Source: Camelus ferus (lineage: Eukaryota). From it: a stretch of 64,000 nt of DNA. The stretch covers positions 54,748,001 through 54,812,000 of the forward strand of contig NC_045707.1 in NCBI RefSeq assembly GCF_009834535.1, read 5' to 3'. Under the pieces are notes generated by a model that searched no databases, was not told the origin of the DNA, and was given only the letters and a program-made list of their open reading frames with translations. Positions 12,543-24,419 of the stretch are shown piece by piece (within the stretch, counting starts at the first letter, position 1; each line of letters opens with the position of its first letter). The position numbers and the translations under genes are program-made.

Positions 12543-14421
12543 AATTTTCTTATGAACCTTTGTTTTTTTATCTTTAAAGTAAAAGTGATGTGGTCTACAC
12601 CAAATGACTATTATGAAGAATAAAAGAGATGAAGACCACAAAAGCACATAGAGGAGGTACCTGTACGTGGGAATATGTAACTCACATGAATCCCCCTCTC
12701 TTGTGCTTAGGCTATAAAAAAGATGGTTGCATTCAAGGCTGTTCATATTTCTCATACGACCAACAATCTGGGAGCAGGGGAAAGGTATATGTAAACAAAT
12801 ACCAAAGTAAATGAAACTTGTGCCAAGGAATTCATAGAAATGAACACTGATGCTTCCTTTAATGATATTAATTATAACAGACTATATATTAATTATATAT
12901 AGTCATAATTCCTCACTTGTCTAAGCTGTTCAGTAAAATAACGAAGATGTCCAAGTTACTTGGTAACTCTATGACCATCTGTATGAATTTTTGTACAAAT
13001 TAGAAAAATTCAGTCTGTTCTGGTTAATTTATTATAAAATGTATGCTAATTCAGAATGTCATGTTAACTGCAGATAATTAGAAATTTGACTGAATAACAT
13101 GATTATTAATATTTTATTTTAAAATATTAAAAAATCAACTCAAATTTCATATAAATTCTAAAATGTACGGAAACGTTTAGTTTTCTTCCAATGCTACAAT
13201 CCCCTAAACTTCATGATTTCGTCCCAAAGCTACACACAGGGAAACATACAGGAGACGTGCCAAAACACAAAGACAAAATAATTCTCTGTGATTTTTTACA
13301 GAGATGATTATTCATACAATTTGGATCACATTAAGAATATAGCACTGCCAAATAAAATATCATTATCTGGCATTTTGGATGTCCTCTGAATATTCAACAA
13401 TGGTTCTTGATCTTTAGTGTTCCTTTTCTGATGTTAAAAACCACAAAGCAATTTATAATCACTCAATTTTGCTGTTATTCACTTTTCAGTAAAAACATGA
13501 TAAAGGAGGTAATGCAAGTCGATTCTGAGGCGTTCACAGCTTTTCTAACAGTATAAACTGAGCTGTGGTCTCCATTTGAATACATTCTAATTTAGAAGTT
13601 ATGAGTCCACCATAGAAAATTAAATCAAGGCTGGGAGATATCCTTCATCATAACTTGGTATTGTTGGTATTCATCATATGTTAGTATTGGCTATTGGTAG
13701 ATAAAGATAATTATCCTCAATTCTATTGATAAATTTTTCATTGGATTTAAAGTTAAATTAAGAACAACAACAACAACAACAAAAACCTCTTCCCCAAAAG
13801 ATTTTCCAGACTTGGTTGAAACCTTTCTTTAGGTTCAATTCCTTTCTGTTGATCCTTCACAGACCCTGCATTTTTTTTTTGAATACTTGCATCTCCTTAA
13901 TATCCCAATTTTGGGGGGGAAAAAAAAGTCTATCTGTGGGAGTGGCAGGACGCTTTAGATTAGACTGCTTTAACCTGCCACTAACCTACTACCCTAATCA
14001 CAAATCAAATGTTTCAGTGTGTCAGAGGTTAGCAGATGCAGAGAAGGCACCTATTTTAGCAAAAGGCATACATACATTGTTTCAAACATTCACTCAGAAG
14101 AAAACATGGAACTCACAGAATTAGAAAGGGCAGATAACAGACCAGTGTACCTAAACCTCTGAAATCTGGAGATGGATGTTTGCAAATAAGACATCCTGTC
14201 TAGCAATCAAAAAGGAGGGGAGGGGCTGTTTAATCTGAGATGAATAAATTCGAGTAGGATTTTAAAGTTGCATTTTGTTGGGTTTTATATTTCAGTTGAA
14301 CTGACATCAGGTTCCAAGTTGCTTTCCAAATTGATTTTTTTTTTTACCCACTTGATATTTGCCATTTTTTAAATCTTGCAATTTTATAATTTACAAAATA
14401 AAATGCCATTGTTCATTTCTA

Positions 14422-14438
14422 CACACTAGAGGGCACTA
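14422..14438 (+). promoter_or_regulatory. Candidate CTCF-binding motif
   Basis: cacactagagggcacta versus the CTCF core CCACYAGRGGGC(A/G)C; lies in sequence I could not assign to a repeat. Confidence 0.5.
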
Positions 14439-15040
14439 AAATATCCTAAGATAAAATGTACTCAATATTTTACCTTAGATGACTTTTGAGAGAATAATGA
14501 TCATAATTTTAAAATCGTTTAAAAGAAACACAGGGACAATAACAGGATTACTACATCACTGTAAATACTGGCTTTAAAAAAAAAAGATGGTAACATTATT
14601 TTTTAAAGTGCCAATTGTATCACATTTCCTTAGTAGGAAATGCATCTCTGAACATCAGTATCTCAGAATATTTTATATGAACCTCTCAAACACCTTCTTA
14701 TAATGAATCTTTTTTCTGAAGGTGTAACTGCGAGATATTTAATAGATTTTTTTTCCATTGATCCATAATCGTAAGTCTTCTAACCATCCTGGTATAATTA
14801 TATCAATGTATTACAATGTCATTATGTCTGGATGGCTAATATTCAGAGCCAGCATATACATGTTTTTGTTTGATAGTTTTGGAAATGTGTTTAAAAACAA
14901 GGATTTTTCAGTCAATAACATGTTTTTAATAAACAGAGTTTTTTCCTTATGTCTTTTTCTCACAGTGTTTTTCTTCTTTATTCATTGTATATCCTTCTTT
15001 CAGCACTTCTAATATTCACTCTTAAATAGCTTCTTATGAG

Positions 15041-15431
15041 TGTTAAAACTAAGATAACAGGCCCAAAATGGAGTTGCTTATGCTGTCTCATGTCAACAAA
15101 CTGAGACTTAGCTTAATTACAGTTTCAGCTCTTCCAGAAATGGAATGTTACACCAGTTGATCAGGAATCGCTGGATAAGCACTAATGAGGTAATCTGCCT
15201 GACAGACAGACCTCTGTCATTCCCTAAAGCAAAGTAACTTTTCAGTAACCAACCCACTTTTTGCCTAGTACAACTTCCTTGTTCTTGTTCCCTTCTGTCT
15301 GTAAACGTCTTTCATTTGTACAGCTTCTCGGAGCTCCTTTCTACCTACTAGATTGGATGCTGCCCAATTCGAATGAATTCTTGCTCAGATAAATTCTTAA
15401 TAATTTTAGTATGCCTCAGTTTAGCTTAACA
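15041..15431 (+). mobile_element. Solo LTR, ERV1-class, 391 bp
   Basis: Begins TGTTAA and ends TTAACA (inverted termini). Perfect 4-bp TSD TGAG at 15037-15040 and 15432-15435. ccaaaatggagttgcttatgct near the 5' end is an LTR-like motif. Confidence 0.85.
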
Positions 15432-16297
15432 TGAGTCACACAGAAACACGCACAAAACTCCTTTTCCTTTAACTTCTAGTCATGGACATCAATTAATAAG
15501 AAAAGGCAAAAAGAACTTTGCATGCTATAGATTGGAAGCCACTTTTAACTCTCAATTTAGAAACCATTACCTCTAGTGCCTATCTTCTTTGAAGTGTGCA
15601 AATGAAAGTGTTAAAGGAACAGAAACTAAAAACAGACTTAAAAGCCAGCCAGTAGAAAGACAAAAACAGATGACAGAAAAACAAGGAGATGCCAGTACTG
15701 ATTCAATAGTTTCTCATTTTGAAGTAAACATAAAAGTGCTTGGTTTTGAAAATTGTAAGTAGGAGGAATTTGACTTACCTGGAAGTTAATGTTCAGGGAA
15801 TTTGGCTGAAGTATACTCACGGTAAGTACACACATCTGAATTTATCCACTGTTTTTCGTGACACAGAGAAATAAACCCTTGAATACACCAACTGACACAA
15901 ATTTACATGCCCGTGAAAAAGAGCTTTTTGTATGCATTGCCTTTGATACATTTAATACATGATAGTGATCATTACCACCACATATAAGAACAACATATAG
16001 TACTTAAGGTTGCTACGGTCTATGGCAGGAGATAACACTTAAAGAATAATAAATATTTATAAAGATAGGACAAAATAGTTTGTAACTTGAAAAGTGGAAG
16101 TCAAAGCAATACTCAATTTGTCAGATCTGACAAACCGGAACAGGAATTCTAACCTCAAACTGATGGAAATGTCTACACAGTAACAGCATATTCTGGCAGA
16201 ATTAAATTTGTTAATACGGGTATTCATTTTTTCTAGTTTTTTATTCTCCTTATTTTCTATGTTAGATATATTCTATGTGAAGCATAACTGAACATCA

Positions 16298-16540
16298 GAA
16301 GCAGTGCACAGTGATGTTTCAGAGTTTGGACTCTGGAGCCAAGCTATTTGGGTGGAAATGTGGCTCTGTCTTTCACTAGTAGACAGCTTCAGCAAATTGC
16401 TTAACCTCCCTGTGGCCCAATTTCCTGACCTGTAAAATGGTAATAAGAGTGGAAGTGGTGTTTTGAGGATGAAATAAAATTATTCATCTTAGGAGTTTAG
16501 ATCAGTACTTACACAGCACTATACAAGTGTTTATTAAATA
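16298..16540 (+). mobile_element. MIR SINE, near full length
   Basis: ggactctggagccaagctatttggg...gcaaattgcttaacctccctgtggcccaatttcctgacctgtaaaatgg (MIR core). Confidence 0.85.
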
Positions 16541-16650
16541 TTTAGGAACTTGGACAATCTGAATTAAGGACACACTATTTATGATATTTAGAAAATGACA
16601 ATTGATATTTTCAATTTCATATGCTGCCTTGAAATAAAACCTTGTTTTTA

Positions 16651-16962
16651 CCTATTTTTAATTTTTTTATTGAAGTATAGTCAATTTACAATGTTGTGTT
16701 AATTTCTGGTGTACAGCATAGTGATTCAGTTATACATATGTGTGCATATATTCCTTTTCATATTCTTTTTCATTATAGGCTATTACAAGGTATTGAATAT
16801 AGGTCCATGTGCTATACAGTAGGTCTTTGTTGTTTATCTATTTTATATATAGTAGCTAGTATCTGCAGATCCCAAACTCCCAATTTATCCCTTCACTCCT
16901 CTGATCTGTTCGCCCCGTAATCATAAGTTTGTTTTCTGTCTGTGAGTCTGTTTCTGTAAATT
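16651..16962 (-). mobile_element. Short 5'-truncated lineage-specific L1 3' end
   Basis: Poly(T) then attgaagtatagtcaatttacaatgttgtgttaatttctggtgtacagc, antisense to the L1 end at 4900-4960. Probable TSD cttgtttt(t/a)a at 16641 and 16963. Confidence 0.9.
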
Positions 16963-17288
16963 CTTGTTTTAATGATTAGATAGTAGCTAACTGAAATAAG
17001 CAAAGCAGAATAAGATCCTAAACACCACTTGGCTCTGCTTATCTATCTGATTGTAAATGCATTTCCAGAAGTGCTTAAAAGCATTTGATTCTTTAATCAT
17101 TCTTAATGTCACCTCTTTACAACTGGTTCACACTTTGGATTTCAACAGTTCACAAAATGATTATACACCGTACAAATACAAATTTTAGCCTGATCTATCA
17201 GAATATAAGAAGACTTCTCAAATCTAATATTCATTATTCATCTCTATTTTGTATAGCTCTTAACACAGGTTGCCTTTAGTTGAAATTC

Positions 17289-17291
<3 letters not shown>

Positions 17292-17326
<35 letters not shown>
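17292..17326. repeat. (CA)n microsatellite, about 17 units
   Basis: Seen directly in the sequence. Confidence 0.97.
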
Positions 17327-17327
<1 letters not shown>

Positions 17328-17416
17328 TTCTAACTATGTATTCTAGAACTCTGAACATATATAACCAGAAGTTGAAATGAGTGAGGGCTTTTTTTCTTTA
17401 AATGTTGATTTTCAGT

Positions 17417-17420
<4 letters not shown>

Positions 17421-17452
<32 letters not shown>

Positions 17453-17466
17453 CACGCACATGTGTG
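17421..17466. repeat. (TG)14 microsatellite extended by an alternating purine-pyrimidine tract
   Basis: Seen directly; includes the 16-bp palindrome tgtgcgtgcacgcaca at 17445-17460. Confidence 0.95.
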
Positions 17467-17544
17467 ATGATCTGGAATTTCTTATTTTACTTCTGATGCC
17501 TAGATGCAGTTCAAATTAAAAAAAAAACTTATGCATTCATATTA

Positions 17545-17985
17545 AGAGAGCACTAGACATGTCATGGGGAATACAGATGAAAAAGACCTGCAGGATACAC
17601 AGGTAGAAAGACACAGACACAATGACTGACTATAACTCAGGGCAGTTAAAGTGTTGTTACATGCATTAAGTGTTACATCTAATCAAGGCCAGAAATGAGC
17701 CAGGAGCAATGCAAAACACGAGAAGTATTCTTAGCGGTAATGATGTTGAGATGGACTTTAGGTATGAGGAAGAAAATAATTCATGCCAAACAAACCAGCT
17801 TGGTCAAAGGTAAAGAAATGGAGAAATGTCAGCGACAGACTACTAGTATAACAGTATCAGTGACAGCTAATCAGGTGTTGCCCTAAGCAGATTCTCGGTG
17901 TTAATTCAGTTAATTTACATCAACCCTGTGAAGTAGACACTCTCATTATCTTATTTTTATATGTAAGAAAATTGAGCTATTCAGA
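17545..17985 (-). mobile_element. L2 fragment followed by a MIR fragment
   Basis: ggggaatacagatgaaaaagacctg...tgatgttgagatggacttta (L2-like), then catcaaccctgtgaagtagacactctcattatcttattttt (antisense MIR). Confidence 0.45.
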
Positions 17986-18059
17986 ATTATTTTAGTTGCT
18001 GTACTTAATTTTCCTTTTGAGAACCATTTTTCAGAGATATACATCCATGTGACTAAAGA

Positions 18060-18420
18060 TCAATGAGTATCAGCTTTGGGAACTTCTCCAGAATTACCAG
18101 AGACAAGGCCTTCATTTTTTATAAAATTCAACAAGCAGAGAGAATATTAGCCTGGATCTACCCATCTGCCAATAGTCATCATCCTCACTCTGTAGAGAGA
18201 TGGCCTAATGATATTTCTTCAGACAGGATAAAGTTGAATCAAGAAATAGAGAGGCCTCATATTCCTTTGACATTGTTTAATTCCTGGAGGAAGCAATATC
18301 TAAAATCAAATACCCTCTTTTGATTTACTTATTATATGAGTTAGTAAAATGTCCTTTCCTTTTTTGCTTAAAATAATGTGAGTTTTTTTTTTTCCCTCAC
18401 TGGCAATCAGTGACTATCTG
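18060..18420 (+). mobile_element. Old MaLR (MLT1-type) LTR remnant
   Basis: 3' motif tgagttagtaaaatgtcctttccttttttgcttaaaataatgtgag...cactggcaatc resembles MLT1 termini. Confidence 0.4.
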
Positions 18421-20039
18421 TCTAAGAAGAGTAAGAGGTGCAGAGGGATGGAGAAATGTCAGTTTACTCTCTGAAATAAGAAGGAAAACATGAATGATAA
18501 AAAAGAAAAATCTTTGAAAATCCATGGGTCATGGATATTTTGCAATGTTATGTATAGGATAATGCAATATAATTGTAATATACTACTTACTAAAATTTGT
18601 CAACATTAATTTTACTTTTAAAATCCATTATATGTTAATAATTTAATATCACTTTTTGCATTAAAAAGCTGAATTTCCTAGATATCTCAGTACTGGATGT
18701 TCCCTGTTATTGTCTCATCCAATTACATTTTTATCAATTCAGTGTTATTTTTGTCTCAATATTAACTCTGTATTTTATGTATATGTTATTATATATCAAC
18801 AATTACATAAATTATATATTATAATTTATAGTTGTTAACATCTTGGTAACCTATGTAAATTGCTGAGTTTATTTAACTGCCTAAATTGAGCACCACTAAT
18901 TACCTTCAGTTGCCCTACTGGTATAATGCTGTACCTACTCGTTAGAAAATCTATACATGTACAATTTCTTAACTTCACATTTAATGACAAGGATTGTCAT
19001 AAATAATAAGCTGTTTCTTCAATAGGTGCATTTTTCTTAATTTTACATTTTCTTTCAATTCAACTACAAGCAAAATAAATGGGCATTTTCTTTCAATCAA
19101 AATAAATTAACAGCAAATATTTATTATTTTCCACTTATGAAGATTGTATAAAATCCTCCACTGATCTCTCCCAACTTGTAAGGAAACAACGTTATTCATA
19201 TCTTGATTAGATAACATGTAGAAATCTCATATATAAAAATTAAGATTTTATTTTTTCCCAGGAAGCAAATCTGAAAAATGTTTCTTCTGATTTCCTTTTA
19301 GCAAGATTCTTTTAGAGTGAAAAATAGTTTAATATAATTAGCATGTATAAGTAGTTTTGGCATGTTGTCTCTGAAAATGACTTTATTTATTAATACTTGT
19401 TACTTTAATTAAAGATACGTAACATGCATATAATTTATAAGCACACTACTATTATAAAGCACAGTAATCTAAATATTACTCATGAACTATCTACTCAACC
19501 TTAGAACTAGAAAATTTACAGTAATTTGAGTCTATTTCATGATTAGTCCCTCTCCAATCATTTCCTCTACTTCCTCTCTGAGATCTAAATGATTTTCCAA
19601 ATTGATTTTGCCTAAGAAAACAGTAAAATTTATAATTTTTATTATAGTAGTTATTAGAACAAACTATTATATAGTGGACAGAAAAATAATGCAGTGCATT
19701 TACCTTTAATAAAAATACATCTAGAATAAGTTTTATTTACAAGACACAACTTTTTTAAATAATAGGAAATCCAGGGTTCATGTTTCCCATATATTGAATC
19801 TAGTGCTAGATTCCATAATAACAAAACAATGATTTTCCATTGACCTTGGAAAATCTCATAAATAACAACATTTCAAATATTGGAACATTTATTACTTTTT
19901 AAACTTATGCTGTTTATGGATGTTCTTTGGCAAATTTAATAGGCATGCAGTTCCTAGTTTACTGCAAATAACATTTCTCCTCAAATTTTATAAATTTCTG
20001 ATATAAACTAACTGAAGTTAAATGTAGTCTTAGATTTTT

Positions 20040-20137
20040 ATTTATTATGTTTATTTAAATGAGGTACTAGGGATTGAAACCAGGACCTCGTGCATACTAA
20101 GTGTGCACTCTACCACTGGGCTATATCTACTACCACT
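20040..20137 (-). mobile_element. tRNA-Ala-derived SINE (camelid vic-1 type), short form
   Basis: Reverse complement gatatagcccagtggtagagtgcacacttagtatgcacgaggtcctggtttcaatccctagtacctc follows tRNA-Ala(AGC) with A and B boxes, then an A-rich tail. 13-bp TSD gtcttagattttt at 20027-20039 and 20138-20150. Confidence 0.9.
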
Positions 20138-20464
20138 GTCTTAGATTTTTTAATCTAACAATATATTCTGTTTTGGCTGTCAAAGTAACTCAAAGGAACC
20201 ATTCTGATTTGAGAATGAAGAATTCAAATAGCCATGAATCTAATAAGAAATCTGCAAGACGCATAAAAGTTAAAAATGACGTGGAGTCTTTTAATGCTGA
20301 TTTTCATTTGGGGAATTATTCATGTCATTCTCAAGAAATTTATGAAGGATCTGATAGCCCTTAGAGCATATCTTTATTATTTTCCAGTTATGTGGATTGT
20401 GGAAAGTTCTCTGTTGATTACTCCCAAGTCAACGAGAAACAATGTTATTCAATTATGTAATAAC

Positions 20465-20590
20465 ATTATTCACTCAGTCAACAAATATTTTATCAAAAAA
20501 TATTTATTGAGCCCATACCCTGTACATGTCTCTGTTCCAGGTTCTGGTAATCTAGCAGTGAACAAGACACATTTTCTTCCCTAGGGAGCA
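20465..20590 (-). mobile_element. L2 3' terminus
   Basis: cactcagtcaacaaata...atatttattgagccc...ctagcagtgaacaagaca is the antisense L2 end. Confidence 0.75.
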
Positions 20591-20827
20591 TCAACAAACC
20601 AAACTGAATTATTTTAAAAATTCAGTATGGAAACAATACTGCAAATTTGAAACAGAAAATATCATTTTTCTTTTAACTTTTCATTCGAATGACTGTTATT
20701 TTATAGATAAAGCCTAAAATTATTTCTATTAAAGGCCAATGATTACTTTTGGAATCAAGTCATTTACTGAGTAATGCATTTGAAAAGAGGCCACGGCTTT
20801 AATGACATTCAAGAAACAGGTTTAGGA

Positions 20828-20864
20828 AAGACTTATAATTAATATTCAAGACTTATAATTAATA
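20828..20864. repeat. Short tandem duplication, 20-bp period
   Basis: aagacttataattaata occurs at 20828-20844 and 20848-20864. Confidence 0.85.
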
Positions 20865-21524
20865 CTAATTTCATCCTAAAAACATGTATCTTTATTAAAC
20901 AAATTTGAGATATTGAATAAAAAACTGATCTATTGAAATATTCATATCATAATTTAATTTTCTTGCCTATGTGGTAGGATTATATTTTTTTCTAGATTTG
21001 AGATTAAGGGGAATTTTATTTCCTATGCATCTTTAAAGTATTTATAATTATGTTCTGTACATCTGTATCGAAAAGAAGAAGATTTTAATATCTACTTGCT
21101 CTTCACATTCTTGTTTTCATAATTTTTATGAATTCCCATGGAGGCAAATGCATATTATCACCAAGTTACTTCAGGGACTCTACTTCCTATGGAGAAAGTG
21201 GTGATCTAAGTAAGTTTCCTACTATGTTACTGGACAACCTTCTACACTGTTTGAAACAATAAGAACTGTGTAGTAGCCAATAGCTTATTGAAATTGAATT
21301 TTTTGACACTCAATTACTTGTTCTCAAACTGGTAAAATGTAGTCAAATGATCAAAATTGATTTTATTTTTTAGCTGGGAAATAGCATGTATATTTGTCTC
21401 ATAGTTCAGAAATACAAAGCAGATAAATATAATAGTTAATGATTATAGCTTAATTATTGCTTATAGATGATTTGTTTGGCTAGTGAGTTTAAAAGAAATT
21501 TATTATAAAATAAGAAACAATATA

Positions 21525-22022
21525 TCATAATTTTCAAAAATGGTCACAATCCTTTATTTCAGCTTGTATCTACATCCTTTGTCATATGACACTGCAACTC
21601 TTGTAACTACAAAGGCAGTTTCTTCCACACTGAAAGTTGACTTGACCTTGTACCTTGTTTGGCCAGTAGAATGCTGTAGACATGGAAGCTGTGGAGTGGA
21701 TTCTCACTCTGTATCTCAAAGGCTGTGTGTGTTTTTGTTCTTGTTGACTCTCTGTGTGTCTGCTATCACCACCATGAGAACATGGCCAAGCTGGCCTGTT
21801 GCAGGGTGAGAGACATGTGGAGCAGAGCTGACTCACCCCAACCACCCCAGCAGATTCCAACAGCTTATCTGACACACAAAAGCATGAGAGGACACTCCTG
21901 AAATTAGTAGTGCTCCCATGCTGATGGCAGCAGACGAGTGAACTATATACACTTACTGTAGTATTTCATAGGAACTTCATGGCCATTTGTTATGCATGAT
22001 TATTGTGGTCTTAAACACTTGA
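21525..22022 (+). mobile_element. MaLR solo LTR (MLT1H/G-like)
   Basis: ttcaaaaatggtcacaa...ttggccagtagaatg...caccatgagaacatggccaagctggcctg...gagagacatgtggagcagagc...tttgttatgcatgattattgtgg. Confidence 0.75.
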
Positions 22023-22100
22023 TAAATATTTTCAAGATCTACTTAAATTTTTTGATAGTTAAATATTTTCAAGATCTACTTAAATTTTTTGATAGTTAAA
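22023..22100. repeat. Perfect 37-bp tandem duplication
   Basis: taaatattttcaagatctacttaaattttttgatagt at 22023-22059 and 22060-22096, followed by taaa. Confidence 0.95.
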
Positions 22101-23419
22101 GTGTGAACAAATTAATTAATTGTAGATTATTCATATAACAGATCTTTCAGGTTCTAAAATCTAAGAGCTTGAATCATATTGCCAGTTTCCTTTTCATAAT
22201 ATATCTCAAAGAATTTGCACTTGGAAAAGCTCAGCAATAACTCATTAGAAAAGGGTGAAATAAATCAGTAATATGAGAAAAAACTAAAAATCTATAAAAA
22301 CATACAAAATATTTTCTATAATCACAATAAACTCTTTTGAATGAAATAAATATTTTCACTAAAACCCAGAGCAATTACTCCTTAAATAAATTTACTTTTG
22401 CTAAATATTTTCCCATTTTAGACAGAATTGAATGTTAATAGATTCAAGTATGTTTTAATAAGAATTATTTTAGTTAGAGGAAACCCAGTTCTGGAATGTC
22501 TGTATTTTCCTCAAAAATTGTGTTTTCTTCAAAAATCACAAGTACAACTAACATGAAAATGAATTAAATTCACCTTGCTTCATCCATCTATAAATAAGAT
22601 AAAATGTAATCACAGAGACCCTCAAATGATAGAATAAAATGGCATAAATGCAATTAGAGTTTTATGAACCAATAATTATCAAGGTTTCACAGCTGCACTT
22701 TTCTTTAACTTTGGATCCAACCTTGTCAATGTCATATTAAACCTGTAATTAGAAACTGTTCTTATTTCAATAAAATATTCACAATTAACCCATGGGAGGC
22801 CCTTCCCCTAAACCCTAAACAACAAATTGATGACGAAAAGTCATAGATGATAACTGCTCTCAGAGATGTACACATGAAAACTACTTTCTCTTTTATCTCT
22901 CCTTTTTAATTTATTCTATTCTTTAACTTTTGGCTATGAAAATGTGTTCACTTTTCTCCCTTTTAAAGATAGCCATCTCATATGTATTTGTTTTCTAGGA
23001 CTTTAAAGGCAGTTGCCAATCTCTGCATTTCTTTGTGATTATCCACTCTGACAATTGCGTGTTTTCCCACTGGAGTGTGCGGGATTTTCACACTTGGCTC
23101 TACTGCTTTAAGAATACTGTAGACTAATTCAAAAACTATGTCCTATTTCTTTGCATGTTAGCAAAAATTTTAAAAAATGTAATATGAATGCTCATGCCTG
23201 GAATTTACAGGAACAGACAATTATTTTTATGGATCATTTCAAATTATTAGCTAATTTAAACAAAGCTATTTCAGTATTTTATGTTACTTACATCATTTCT
23301 TATAGGGCACTTAGATCTACAATGATAGTTGGTAATAAGAGCTATCATTTATTATTTGCTTAATCTAGTCCAGGAAAAATGTTAAATTAATTACCCTAAA
23401 AAGTTATTTTTAAGGAATT

Positions 23420-23545
23420 ATCCCTATTTGAGAAATGTGGCAGTTGAGACTTGCAAAAGAATATTGACTTTTCAGAAGTTGTGAAGCCACTAAGTAGTAG
23501 GGCCAGGATGTCAGCAAAGTGTTCTGATTTTAGAGCCCATGTATA
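23420..23545 (-). mobile_element. MIR fragment
   Basis: ccactaagtagtagggccaggatg...ttctgattttagagcccatg. Confidence 0.45.
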
Positions 23546-24419
23546 GTCAGTCACCATTGAGTTTCTAAGACTTTTTTTCCCCCTCTGATCAATTTTAGTA
23601 TCATCTCCACACCCCTTCCCCCACCATCAGTGTGTGTATTTTCATTTTTCTAATAAATTCATCTTATTAATTAAAAGGCATATAGTTTTTATTTTTGTGG
23701 CTCTTTTCATATGATAAATATAGCAACAATCTCAATTTTAAGACCATCAAGGACCAGCATGATGTTTGAGGATGGTGATATTCATTGGAAAGAGGCCAAC
23801 TGGACGTTGTAAAATAATGCTAAATTAAGGAAAGGATTAGGCTATGTACGTTGTCAAGATGCATAAAGATGCAGGAGAATGTCTTCGAATGTTGACATTA
23901 AAAAAAATACACAGTAAACACAATGTCATTCAAATGGCTAGTGTTTAGTTTTAAATGAATTATTTCCATGCCAGAGCAGACCCATAGCATTGCTTGGCTT
24001 ACTTTAATAAAACTGAACCAGAAATCAAAAATGCTGTTCTAATCCTAGTTTTAATCACAAACTAGATTTTGGAAAAGTCATTTGATTTTGTGAGAGCCTG
24101 AGGATTCCCACATATAAAATGGAGGTTGTTAAAATCTCTGTCCCTAATTAGCTGTCACAGCAACACAATCTATTCAGACCAACTCAGTAACGTGAAACGA
24201 TAATCGACCACGTGCAAGGTTTAGGCACTACATAAATGAAGAAATTTCTGTCCTCACTTTTAGGGTTTTGCAGTCTCATTTGAGTTAGACACTGAAATAC
24301 ATAACATGGTGTGAGAGTTGCAATGGCATTTTTTATGTTCAAGGTACAGCAAATAAAGTAATTGATTCTATTCATTTAAGCAATTTGAAGTTTCCATAAA
24401 ATGAGTGGCTTCACTGATA

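Noticed and set aside
20062..20135. Possible functional tRNA-Ala gene (also 39138-39211)
   Set aside because: Multiple substitutions disrupt the stems and anticodon, and both copies have A tails and TSDs, so they are retroposed SINEs.
22023..22100. CRISPR-like 37-bp repeat
   Set aside because: Two directly adjacent copies with no spacer, in mammalian DNA; this is a simple tandem duplication.
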